Origin: an uncultured Candidatus Saccharibacteria bacterium
GTDB taxonomy: Bacteria > Patescibacteriota > Minisyncoccia > UBA6257 > 2-01-FULL-56-20
Reading direction: 5' to 3'
NCBI GenBank assembly: GCA_964418085.1
Contig: CAYQKB010000001.1
Coordinates: forward strand, 1-49,695
DNA length: 49,695 nucleotides
The position numbers were made by a program, and so were the translations under genes. Shown piece after piece: positions 1-8,377 of this stretch; within the stretch, counting starts at the first letter, position 1; each line of letters starts with the position of its first letter. Under the pieces are notes generated by a model that was not told where the DNA came from, did not search any database, and saw nothing but the letters and a program-made list of their open reading frames with translations.

Positions 1-146
1 CTCGCGGATACAATAAAATCTCTCACAACGCGACTAGAAGATATTTTGGGATAGGGGCTTAAACAGTACCACAAAGTCAAGAAATAAGCCACTATAGACG
101 TCCGGAAACGGAATTTTCTGGAGTCTGCAAAAAAAATATAGTTCAA

Positions 147-176
147 ACAAAAAACTCCCAAGGTGGGAGTTTTTTG
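147..176 (-). terminator. Rho-independent terminator downstream of the major pilin gene
   Basis: Hairpin ACTCCCA-AGG-TGGGAGT (about 154-170) flanked by an A-run and a T-run, so it is bidirectional in form. It lies about 20 nt past the stop of the 197..679 gene. Confidence 0.6.
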
Positions 177-196
177 GTAATCGTTTTAGATTAGAA

Positions 197-679
197 CTAG
201 CGGGTAATAGATATCGCCTGACCAAGCTCTTGGTTGGGAGCCGGAACAGCTACAGTGACTCTTCCATTAGCATCCTTAACAACTGTGTATTGTGTATCAT
301 AGTCAGTTGCGTTAGTTACGTGAGCTCCAGCTGCACTCGGATCAAACGGCATATCTGCCATATAGGTTGGGACTATACATGTGTACAAATCCGAGAGTCC
401 CGCTGCAGCGGCGGCAGTATATTTAATTGTACGTACCGTGTTGTCTAATACAGCTCCCGCGGCGGAACATGTAAATACACCTTTATTGTCTGCCATATTT
501 TGTCCAATAGCATTCAAGATTGCGTTCACATTACTAACACGTTGTGTGTTTCGTGCCTGTGCAAACTGCCGCGACGGGTTGATTGCGATAAGTACGATTG
601 TCGCCAAAATCGCGATAATACCAATAACGACGAGGATTTCAATAAGAGTAAATCCTTTTTGATTTTTAATGTTTTTCAT
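197..679 (-). CDS. Type IV pilin (prepilin-type N-terminal cleavage/methylation domain), probable major pilin
   Basis: The N-terminus MKNIKNQKGFTLIEILVVIGIIAILATIVLIAI is a class III signal (G|FTLIE) followed by a hydrophobic helix. It is the last gene of the pilus operon and has its own terminator. Confidence 0.85.
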   Translation of the reverse strand: MKNIKNQKGFTLIEILVVIGIIAILATIVLIAINPSRQFAQARNTQRVSNVNAILNAIGQNMADNKGVFTCSAAGAVLDNTVRTIKYTAAAAAGLSDLYTCIVPTYMADMPFDPSAAGAHVTNATDYDTQYTVVKDANGRVTVAVPAPNQELGQAISITR

Positions 680-745
680 ATTTTTTTATTTTTTATCTAA
701 CCTTTTTATTTTTCGACCTTTTTTGATACTTACTACGATTTGCTT

Positions 746-775
746 GTTATAACACACCTAAAGAATTTTATGCAA
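746..775 (-). promoter_or_regulatory. Candidate sigma70-like promoter for the major pilin gene
   Basis: On the minus strand, TTGCAT is followed by about 18 nt and then TATAAC, in the 108-nt gap upstream of the pilin ATG. Confidence 0.3.
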
Positions 776-787
776 TAGCGTGACACG

Positions 788-1234
788 CTACGGCAAATGT
801 GGTATTTCATTCCAGGATAAAATCGAAAACGGAGTTTGCTGAACTGTGATTGCCAAATTTGTGTACGAATTCCGATACACCGCTTGAGCTTTGAGAGTCT
901 GGGGATTCGCCCCAACTGTGGTAACCGAAAAAATATGGCACGTATTGCTGCCGCTCACGGTACTCGTCTCATTTCCGGAATAGTTCCAATCTTCCGCAAG
1001 TTTCAAAACGGCGGTATTCGCGCACGCGTCGGCAAGCGAAGCGCTCACCCTTTTAAGCTCGGAATTTAAAATATTGAACCGCCCGATATATCCGCCCAAA
1101 CTAAGCGTGGTTACCATAAGAAGCAAAACGACGGAAATAAGAAGTACCGAAACAAGCGCGATGAATCCCCCGTTCGAATTCTGCGCAGTGGCAATACCAG
1201 GCAAATCTTTTTTGTGCAATAAAATATATTTCAT
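788..1234 (-). CDS. Putative minor pilus component (PilX-like, N-terminal membrane helix)
   Basis: A 148-aa ORF with the hydrophobic segment GGFIALVSVLLISVVLLLMVTTLSL. Its start overlaps the stop of the upstream pilin-like gene by 4 nt (1231-1234), which fits an operon. Confidence 0.5.
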   Translation of the reverse strand: MKYILLHKKDLPGIATAQNSNGGFIALVSVLLISVVLLLMVTTLSLGGYIGRFNILNSELKRVSASLADACANTAVLKLAEDWNYSGNETSTVSGSNTCHIFSVTTVGANPQTLKAQAVYRNSYTNLAITVQQTPFSILSWNEIPHLP

Positions 1235-1692
1235 CGGAGAAATTTAGTTAATTGGAATGTCTGGCCATTCATGACAAAGGTGCTTGTTACCGCCGCACTG
1301 CTTAGGGTAAATGACAATGACGAAACACTAACATTTGTGGTGGTAAGCGCCTGCGGCGTGAGCGATGAGAGAGCACACGTTTCTCGCTTTAACATAATTT
1401 TATGAGTAGCGCCGTCCAAACTGAAACAAAAACCAGATCCAGTCGTAATCGAAAGCGTAGAACCGCCTGTAACTTCCGTTTGCTTCGCGCCGGTAAGTGA
1501 ATAGCCGAGCTTATGAAGAACAAAATCCGCCTCCGATTGAATCACAAGACGAGTATTGTCGCTCGCTGCCCCCTGGGTGATTTGCCCCGAAACTCCAAGA
1601 GCCCCAGTAATAATGATCGAAAGGAGCGCGATGTAGATGAGAACTTCGATGAGGGTAAACCCTCCTAAAGATTTTTTATTTCGTTCGTTCAT
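1231..1692 (-). CDS. Prepilin-type N-terminal cleavage/methylation domain protein (minor pilin)
   Basis: N-terminus KKSLGGFTLIEVLIYIALLSIIITGALG. It sits 2 nt downstream of the 812-aa gene. Confidence 0.8.
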   Translation of the reverse strand: MNERNKKSLGGFTLIEVLIYIALLSIIITGALGVSGQITQGAASDNTRLVIQSEADFVLHKLGYSLTGAKQTEVTGGSTLSITTGSGFCFSLDGATHKIMLKRETCALSSLTPQALTTTNVSVSSLSFTLSSAAVTSTFVMNGQTFQLTKFLR

Positions 1693-1694
1693 TT

Positions 1695-4133
1695 CTAGTT
1701 TACGATTATTTTGAAGTTGTTTGTCTGCCTGGTCCCCAGAGAACCCGTCACCATCTGATTGTTATACGTTTTCTTTGTCGCTGACGCGGAAGCTTTGTAA
1801 TTGAATGTTACGGAACAGGTATAAGGAGCGGTTGCGCTCGGTGTGCACGAAGCGGTGGTACCTGGACTTATGGTTATGTCCGCAGGCGCGGGGTTTGGCG
1901 CCGTCAACGTCACTGACTGCGGCACTGCACCGGCTACCATGGTTACCGTCACCGTAATTGGTACTGCCGTTGCACTGCCCCGAGTAAGAGTAATGTTTGA
2001 AAGTGTGCTTGGCAGAGAATAATCGAATGTCGGAGCATTCACGGTCAAGGTAAAGCTCTTGCTGTGTGAAGGCGAACTTCCGGTGATAGTAATCGTGTTA
2101 GCGCCAAGAGCTGCATTGTCAGCCGCAGAAAATGTGAGCGTAGTAGTGCACGTCGGAGTACACGAGGTTGCAGAATAATTCACGGTGACACCGCTGGGCA
2201 ATGCAGAATTGGTGAAGTTCACCGTTCCCGCCCCCGAAACAATCGTAGCGGTGATACTTGTATTTGCGGACGCGCCAGCCCGAAAAGCGGTGACATTCGC
2301 CGGAGTGGAAAGCGAATAATCAAACGGCTGCGGATTCACTATTAAATTAAACGTGGTGGTTTGCGAGCCGCCGGTCACGGTGATTGGATACGTTCCGGCG
2401 GGCGTCGTCGGGAAGGAAGTGGTAATGGTAAGCACGCTTGAGCACGTCGGAATACAAGGATTATTCGTGAACGCGGCCGCTGCACCCGCAGGCAAACCGG
2501 ATGCGGTCAACAAAGCATTTGATCCCGTACCCGAAGTCAAAGAGCGGGTAACGGTTGTATTCCCTGCTGACCCCTGTGTAACCGTAATTGAGCCGGCATT
2601 CGACAACGTATATGTAAAAGGCGAAGCACTGTAGATAATGCGAAGCGCGTCGTTCGATTGATTCGCGGTATAAATGCGATCATCTTCATAATCGAGCCCA
2701 ACCGTTTTTTGAGAAAAATTATAATGCGTGACGTCGTGACGCGTCATGTTAAGAGGGTCGGAGATATTCCATACCTGAAAGGGGTCATTCGAATCAGTAG
2801 TCCCGATAAATGCCAAACTCCCTATTACTCTCACCGTCGAAATTATGGAACCGGATTGCATGGAAATATCGGCAGAGCCTTTGAGCTGCGGCGAAGAAGG
2901 ATTTGAAACATCAATCACGAAAAATTCCGGCCCGCTCGGATTCCTGTCTTTTCCGAGATAGAGATATGCGCCGACGACGTCGAGCGTCTCCGCGTCTTGA
3001 GTCCCGCCCACATCCATGAGTGCGAGCGGAGCAGGAATGCTCGCGGGATTCGTGACGTCTAAAACAATCAGATCGGTTGTATTCCCGGACGTCGCTAGAT
3101 ATGCAATCTTTTTTTGCACACCACCCACCATCTGGGTACGCACCTTGATCGTATTTATATTGTGATTCAGTTTTTTGCTTCCGACCCAAACAGGGTGCAA
3201 TGGATCCGAAACATCGAATACATGAAATTCATTTGCTCCTCCTGTAAGAAGTCTGTGCGTCCCAACATAGAGAAAATTACCGTAGAAATAAATGCTTCTT
3301 CCTTGCGGACAGGAATTCGGGCACGTGCCGGAAACGGCGGGAAGTGTGGCAGAAGCGACCACCACCGGAGCAGTGCTTAAATCTTTTGCCTCCTGAATAA
3401 CCATGAGCTGTTTAAGCGGCGTCGTAGTTAAATCATTGCTCGCCACAAAGGCATAAAAATAAGACGGTGATTCAATTGCATCAACTGCGTTCAGTCCATC
3501 TCCCGTGTCAAGACTCCACGAAAGCACGGGTGGAGTTGAAACATTCGCGTTCCGTGCATCAAAAATAAAAAAGTCGGGTTTATTTGAGGCGCTCGCGGTA
3601 CCTGTCATAAAAACAATCTTTGGATCTACATCAATGCCGGTCGCCGGAATACCGGACGGACTGAAATCAACAGAATTGAAATTGTCCGGATTGTTCCAGG
3701 AGACAAAGGATGGCGTCGCAGCACAATCCCCTCCCATCGCGATTGCTTCAGCCGAATTTGTGAGCAAGGTGGTGTATTCCGTTTTTTCCGGACGCACCGG
3801 AGACGCCTGCCAGACGACAGTGCTCGATACATACTTCAAGCAGGGCGAAATGTCATTCACGGATATTTGCGTCCGCTGATAATCAGAATCCTGAGCGGAA
3901 AGCGAAGTGGAAGTTGCGGAATTCCAGTCTTGCGCCGCTTCGGACTTCAGAGTTTCAATGCCTTTCTCCGCTTTCGAAACTGCCTGGCTGGAGAGTTGGG
4001 TATCAAGAGCAACTGCCTGATCGCCAAATGCAATTATCGCAACACCTCCGATTATGAGCACGAAAAAAGAAAATGCGATGAGTATTTCAATAGTACTGAA
4101 CCCTCTTTTTTTTATAAAATTTTTCATTATCAA
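1695..4133 (-). CDS. Giant pilin-like protein: prepilin N-terminus, LVIVD-repeat beta-propeller-like region, three Ig-like C-terminal repeats
   Basis: The N-terminus KKRGFSTIEILIAFSFFVLIIGGVAIIAF is pilin-like. LVIVD-like motifs recur (FHVFDVSDP, LIVLDVTNP, FFVIDVSNP, FQVWNISDP). There are three roughly 95-aa repeats starting FDYSL/FTYTL that are rich in T/S/C. Confidence 0.75.
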   Translation of the reverse strand: MIMKNFIKKRGFSTIEILIAFSFFVLIIGGVAIIAFGDQAVALDTQLSSQAVSKAEKGIETLKSEAAQDWNSATSTSLSAQDSDYQRTQISVNDISPCLKYVSSTVVWQASPVRPEKTEYTTLLTNSAEAIAMGGDCAATPSFVSWNNPDNFNSVDFSPSGIPATGIDVDPKIVFMTGTASASNKPDFFIFDARNANVSTPPVLSWSLDTGDGLNAVDAIESPSYFYAFVASNDLTTTPLKQLMVIQEAKDLSTAPVVVASATLPAVSGTCPNSCPQGRSIYFYGNFLYVGTHRLLTGGANEFHVFDVSDPLHPVWVGSKKLNHNINTIKVRTQMVGGVQKKIAYLATSGNTTDLIVLDVTNPASIPAPLALMDVGGTQDAETLDVVGAYLYLGKDRNPSGPEFFVIDVSNPSSPQLKGSADISMQSGSIISTVRVIGSLAFIGTTDSNDPFQVWNISDPLNMTRHDVTHYNFSQKTVGLDYEDDRIYTANQSNDALRIIYSASPFTYTLSNAGSITVTQGSAGNTTVTRSLTSGTGSNALLTASGLPAGAAAAFTNNPCIPTCSSVLTITTSFPTTPAGTYPITVTGGSQTTTFNLIVNPQPFDYSLSTPANVTAFRAGASANTSITATIVSGAGTVNFTNSALPSGVTVNYSATSCTPTCTTTLTFSAADNAALGANTITITGSSPSHSKSFTLTVNAPTFDYSLPSTLSNITLTRGSATAVPITVTVTMVAGAVPQSVTLTAPNPAPADITISPGTTASCTPSATAPYTCSVTFNYKASASATKKTYNNQMVTGSLGTRQTNNFKIIVN

Positions 4134-4143
4134 AAAATATACA

Positions 4144-4650
4144 TTACCAAACTATCGTCCCTTCACTGTTTATAGAAAGAGTTGAGGTCTTATTGTTTTG
4201 CCCAATGGTTCCTGACCAAACCGGAGTAGAAGTTCCCGAAAGCTGCGTGAATACAATTCCCGCCGCCGGCAATGACGGAGTAAACGTTACTCCGCTTCCC
4301 GCGGGAGTAAGCTCTTTAATCGCGAGCGGACTGATACAACTAGTTCCCTCAAAAATAACATACGTATTGGTCACGGTATAAAAACAAAATCCATGCATAG
4401 ATTGATCAATATTATTCATTGATTCACTACGGGCTTTCTGAAGTAGAGCCACCACTATATCGCGCTCTGAACGAAAATATGTGCCACGAAACGTATCGAG
4501 CGTCATAAAAAGCCCGAGGCTTGAGATAAGGATAAAAATTCCCGCGACAACCAATATCTCAATCATAGTAAAAGCCGACTGATATGGAAAACGATTACGG
4601 ATGTAAATGTTGGGTAATTTCATAAATAGGGGTAATGATAGAAACGGCAA
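4144..4650 (-). CDS. Prepilin-type N-terminal domain protein (minor pilin); start uncertain (4650 or 4623)
   Basis: QSAFTMIEILVVAGIFILISSLGLF is a pilin-like N-terminal helix. The ORF overlaps the pilC 3' end, so an internal start at M10 is possible. Confidence 0.7.
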   Translation of the reverse strand: MPFLSLPLFMKLPNIYIRNRFPYQSAFTMIEILVVAGIFILISSLGLFMTLDTFRGTYFRSERDIVVALLQKARSESMNNIDQSMHGFCFYTVTNTYVIFEGTSCISPLAIKELTPAGSGVTFTPSLPAAGIVFTQLSGTSTPVWSGTIGQNNKTSTLSINSEGTIVW

Positions 4651-5683
4651 TAAACCCGACGATAGCGCCCATAAAAATCATAAGTATGGGTTCGATTGAA
4701 GTAGATAGATTTTTGGTGATCATATCCACTTCGCTTTCGTACATCTCGGAAACAAAGTAGAGGGTTTCGCTCAAATTCCCCGTGGTCTCCCCCACCGAAA
4801 CCATTTGAGACACCATCGGAGGAAAAAGATTGGGCTTTGAGTCCAAGTGGGTAGAGATCCTTCCTCCCTTCTTGAGACTTTCAGAGATTGAATGGATTTC
4901 CCGCCGGTATACAACAGTGTTCATGGTGTCCGCGGTAATCGTCGTCGCCTGCACAATCACAATCTGGCTCTTCAAAAGCAATCCCAACGTACGGCAAAAA
5001 TTTGCCATGTGATAGCTCTGCGACAATCTCCCGAAAATCGGAACCTTGAAAACAAAATGTTCAAAAGCAAACTTAATATTGTCACTCTTCGAAAGAAGCA
5101 CGGCTACAACCACAACTCCGACCAATCCAAGTAATAGAAGGAAGCCGTAGTGAATAAAAACACCACTCACAAAAATCAAAATCTTCGTCGTGATTGGCAG
5201 GTCGAACTTAAAGCTCGCAAAAATCGGCAGGATCTTGGGAAAAATAAATACGGTAAGCATAACGCTGATGACAATAGTGCCAAGAACTATAATCGCGGGG
5301 TATACCATGGCGCTCACAACCTTCCGCCTCAAGGCCTGCTTTTTTTCAAGCTCATCCGCCAAATAATTCAAATTTTCCTGGAGCGTACCGCTCATTTCTC
5401 CGACGCGGATGATATGCACTGCCAAATCACCGAAAATCTTGTGAAACTGCCCGAGACTCGTCGAAAGAAACTGGCCATTCTCCACATCCTCGACAACCTG
5501 CTCGAATATTTTCTTTGCGCTCGGTGAGGTTGATTGTTTTTTGAGAATTCGCAAACACTCCAAAATGGGCACGCCGGCCTTAACAAGAATGGAAAGCCGC
5601 TTTGCGAACAAAATTTTTTCCTGATTTGTAAGACGGAAAAATAATGCACCGAAGGAAGGTTTTTTCAAAGCGGGCTTATTCAT
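4595..5683 (-). CDS. pilC: Type IV pilus platform protein PilC (GspF family)
   Basis: Polytopic membrane protein with the duplicated GspF-type architecture. The start was moved to MNKPALKK (5683), whose ATG overlaps the pilB stop (ATGAATAA). Confidence 0.88.
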   Translation of the reverse strand: MNKPALKKPSFGALFFRLTNQEKILFAKRLSILVKAGVPILECLRILKKQSTSPSAKKIFEQVVEDVENGQFLSTSLGQFHKIFGDLAVHIIRVGEMSGTLQENLNYLADELEKKQALRRKVVSAMVYPAIIVLGTIVISVMLTVFIFPKILPIFASFKFDLPITTKILIFVSGVFIHYGFLLLLGLVGVVVVAVLLSKSDNIKFAFEHFVFKVPIFGRLSQSYHMANFCRTLGLLLKSQIVIVQATTITADTMNTVVYRREIHSISESLKKGGRISTHLDSKPNLFPPMVSQMVSVGETTGNLSETLYFVSEMYESEVDMITKNLSTSIEPILMIFMGAIVGFIAVSIITPIYEITQHLHP

Positions 5684-6890
5684 GGAGAATCCGTAAAACT
5701 TCTTCGACGGTCGTGATGCCCGCACAAACTTTTTCAAGCCCATCTTCAAGGATCGGGACCATGCCTCGCGAAACAGCGATGGCCTTTATTTCGTCCGCCG
5801 ATACCTTCCGGAGCACCGCATCGCGAACCGGCCCATCCACAAGCAAAACTTCATGAATCCCGATTCTCCCCCTATAGCCGCTCCCCGCACATGCGTCGCA
5901 CCCTTTTCCTTCAAAAATTTTTTCGCATTTCTCGAGAAGCGTTACCGGAATGACCTCGGCAAGACTTTTGACCTCTGCCGCAGTCATCTTTTTTTCAACT
6001 TTGCAATGCTCACAAATTTTTCTTATAAGCCGCTGGCCAATGGCAACGTTCACGGTGGATGCAATAAGATACGGCTCGAGCTTCATATCGAGAAGCCGCG
6101 GGAGCGTGGTTGCGGCATCGCTCGTGTGAAGACTCGAAAGAAGAAGATGTCCGGTGAGCGCGGTGTTCACGGCTATGCCAGCGGTTTCGGCGTCACGAAT
6201 TTCGCCGACCATGATGATGTTCGGGTCTTGCCGCAGGATAGAGCGTAGTCCATTTGCAAATGTGAGGCCCGCGCGCGGATTCGCCTGGATTTGATTGATG
6301 CCTTTGATCGAGTACTCGATCGGTTCTTCGATGGTGATGATGGATGTGCCACGGACATTTAACATTTTAATTAGAGTGTAAAGCGTCGTGGTCTTTCCGG
6401 AACCGGTGGGGCCGGTCGCCAAAATCATGCCGTGCGGCCGCTTGATCGCCCGAAGTAATTTTTTCTGATTATGAGGACTGAAACCCAGCGACTGAAGCGA
6501 GAAATCTTCGGCTCTGTCGGAGAGAAGCCGCATCACCACATCCTCGCCGTAAAAAGTGGGAGCGATGGAAACCCGCACATCAACCACGCTCCCGTCTTCA
6601 AGCACGCTTCGAAAACGGCCGTCCTGAGGAGCCTGGTGTTCATCCGTCCGGAGATTCGAAATAATTTTTATGCGCGAAACAATTTCGGGATGAATGCGCA
6701 TCGGAAGCACATGCGAATCCTGAAGTACGCCGTCAATACGGAATCGAACTTGTACGTCATCTTGCTGGGGATCAATGTGGACATCCGATGCCCGAAGAGT
6801 ATGGGCATCCTGAACCAGATAATTCACGACATTGATGATCGAAATCTTTACACCCAGATCGAGCTCTTTTTGAATTTGGTCTTTAATCAT
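5676..6890 (-). CDS. pilB: Type IV pilus assembly ATPase PilB (GspE family)
   Basis: Carries Walker A GPTGSGKTTT, Asp box ITIEEPIE, Walker B IIMVGEIRD, His box GHLLLSSLHT and a tetracysteine CEHC..CDAC. Confidence 0.9.
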   Translation of the reverse strand: MIKDQIQKELDLGVKISIINVVNYLVQDAHTLRASDVHIDPQQDDVQVRFRIDGVLQDSHVLPMRIHPEIVSRIKIISNLRTDEHQAPQDGRFRSVLEDGSVVDVRVSIAPTFYGEDVVMRLLSDRAEDFSLQSLGFSPHNQKKLLRAIKRPHGMILATGPTGSGKTTTLYTLIKMLNVRGTSIITIEEPIEYSIKGINQIQANPRAGLTFANGLRSILRQDPNIIMVGEIRDAETAGIAVNTALTGHLLLSSLHTSDAATTLPRLLDMKLEPYLIASTVNVAIGQRLIRKICEHCKVEKKMTAAEVKSLAEVIPVTLLEKCEKIFEGKGCDACAGSGYRGRIGIHEVLLVDGPVRDAVLRKVSADEIKAIAVSRGMVPILEDGLEKVCAGITTVEEVLRILHE

Positions 6891-6937
6891 CTCGGTTTTA
6901 TCCCGGGGGAACGAGAGCTAATCCGCCATTTACAGAT

Positions 6938-6961
6938 AACTATTATTATCATCAAAGCGCG
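6938..6961. repeat. 24-nt direct repeat, copy 1 (AACTATTATTATCATCAAAGCGCG)
   Basis: Nearly identical (one mismatch) to 7039-7062. Lies in the divergent intergenic region between pilB and the 7170 gene. Confidence 0.6.
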
Positions 6962-7038
6962 ACATAATCAAGTAATCGAGGACTCTGATGATTTATACCC
7001 CCTGAACGCACGTCAAATGCGTATCCGTGACGATAATA

Positions 7039-7062
7039 AACTATTATTACCATCAAAGCGCG
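7039..7062. repeat. 24-nt direct repeat, copy 2 (AACTATTATTACCATCAAAGCGCG)
   Basis: Pairs with 6938-6961, about 100 nt apart in the same orientation. Confidence 0.6.
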
Positions 7063-7169
7063 CCGCAGGTGAAAATACTATGAATGAACGATAAAAAACA
7101 GAGATGAGAGAATACAAAAATTCCGCTTTTCCTGCACTCCTTTTTGCTTTACACTGAAGACATAATCAC

Positions 7170-8150
7170 ATGGAAAGCGTAACCATACGACGAAGCCCGA
7201 TCGTGCTTATCAGGACATTCGTACTCATCGAAATCCTGGGATTTATCTGCTATTCGGTTGCCGCCACGCTCGGAAATTATAAGTATGACCTCTATACGCG
7301 TCTTTCGCTTTCGAATGTACTTTCATACGCAACCGCAAAATTTTTACTTCTCTCGGGCGCCCAGCTCGTCATAACCATTTACGCATTTTTAAAGTGGTAC
7401 TACGAATCCTACGCCATCGGACCCGGAGCGATTTCGCACGAATGGGGAGTATTTTTCAAAAAGCGAAAAACAGTGTCACTCGAAAAATCAATGTCAATGA
7501 AAATGGCATCCGGACCGCTCGGCAAAATATTGCATTACGGCTCGATTCAGATCGGAAATAAAACACCGAAAAATTCTTTGCGGTTGGCGGATATTTCCTA
7601 CCCTCAGAAAAATCTGGAATTTATTAAAAAATGCAGCGACGCACCAGCTGAAAAAGAACCTGATATATATCGCTTACTCGCGGAAAACGAACACGAACAG
7701 CTTGAATTCAAATCCTCTCTCCGTTTCGACAGGAAAACCAGCCAAGTGAATCACAAGCTCGAGCAAGCAGCGATAAAAACCGTTGCCGGATTTTTAAATT
7801 CGAAAGGAGGCCAACTCGTGATCGGCGTTGACGACTCGCGCGAGCCGACAGGCCTCGAAAACGATTACCAAACGCTCAAGCGGCCGACGAGCGACGGGTT
7901 TGAAAACCATTTCACGCAAGTTTTTAACAGTGCCATCGGGCCGGAATTGCGCCATTTTGCAAAAGTGCGGTTTCACACGATCGGCGGACGGGATGTTTGC
8001 GTTGTAGACGTTGCGCCAAGCGCCCAGCCTGCATATGCGAAGTTCGATGACGTTGAACATTTCTTTATCCGCACCGGAAACGTAACGACCCCGCTCAAAT
8101 TGAGCGAGATTGAATCGTACACGCGTTCACGCTGGCCGCGGATGAGCTGA
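7170..8150 (+). CDS. Membrane-anchored bPH (DUF304-like) domain fused to an AlbA_2/Schlafen-like putative DNA-binding domain
   Basis: The N-terminus has two TM helices plus YESYAIGPGAISHEWGVFFKKRKTVSLEKS...HYGSIQIG, which is YdbS/YdbT-like. The C-terminus EHEQLEFKSSLRFD...AAIKTVAGFLNSKGGQLVIGVDD matches the AlbA_2 (PF04326-type) signature. Confidence 0.7.
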   Translation: MESVTIRRSPIVLIRTFVLIEILGFICYSVAATLGNYKYDLYTRLSLSNVLSYATAKFLLLSGAQLVITIYAFLKWYYESYAIGPGAISHEWGVFFKKRKTVSLEKSMSMKMASGPLGKILHYGSIQIGNKTPKNSLRLADISYPQKNLEFIKKCSDAPAEKEPDIYRLLAENEHEQLEFKSSLRFDRKTSQVNHKLEQAAIKTVAGFLNSKGGQLVIGVDDSREPTGLENDYQTLKRPTSDGFENHFTQVFNSAIGPELRHFAKVRFHTIGGRDVCVVDVAPSAQPAYAKFDDVEHFFIRTGNVTTPLKLSEIESYTRSRWPRMS

Positions 8151-8321
8151 ACGATAAAAAAATCCGCTCTACCCAAATCGATTTTTGAAAACGGGCCTCA
8201 TTGCTAAAGAAGCAACCAACGCGATGTACCAGATATTTAAGAAACATCCGGAGCGCAGCGACGTGTGAAAAAAATTCGCAAAAAAATATCTGTGTGGCAA
8301 AAATATTTATTTCTTTTCCTC

Positions 8322-8355
8322 TAAAAACCCAAACACCCCTCATAAGGGGGTGTTT
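8322..8355 (-). terminator. Rho-independent terminator for the 8378..9832 gene
   Basis: Hairpin AAACACCCC/GGGGTGTTT (8331-8355) is followed on the minus strand by a T-rich run (GGGTTTTT). Confidence 0.55.
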
Positions 8356-8377
8356 AAGCGTACGCACTGAATTCTGT

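Noticed and set aside
34-225. 63-aa minus-strand ORF at the left edge
   Set aside because: It overlaps the pilin terminator hairpin and the 3' end of the pilin gene, and has no features.
6471-7094. 207-aa plus-strand ORF
   Set aside because: It is almost entirely antisense to pilB, which has unambiguous ATPase motifs. It has no motifs of its own.
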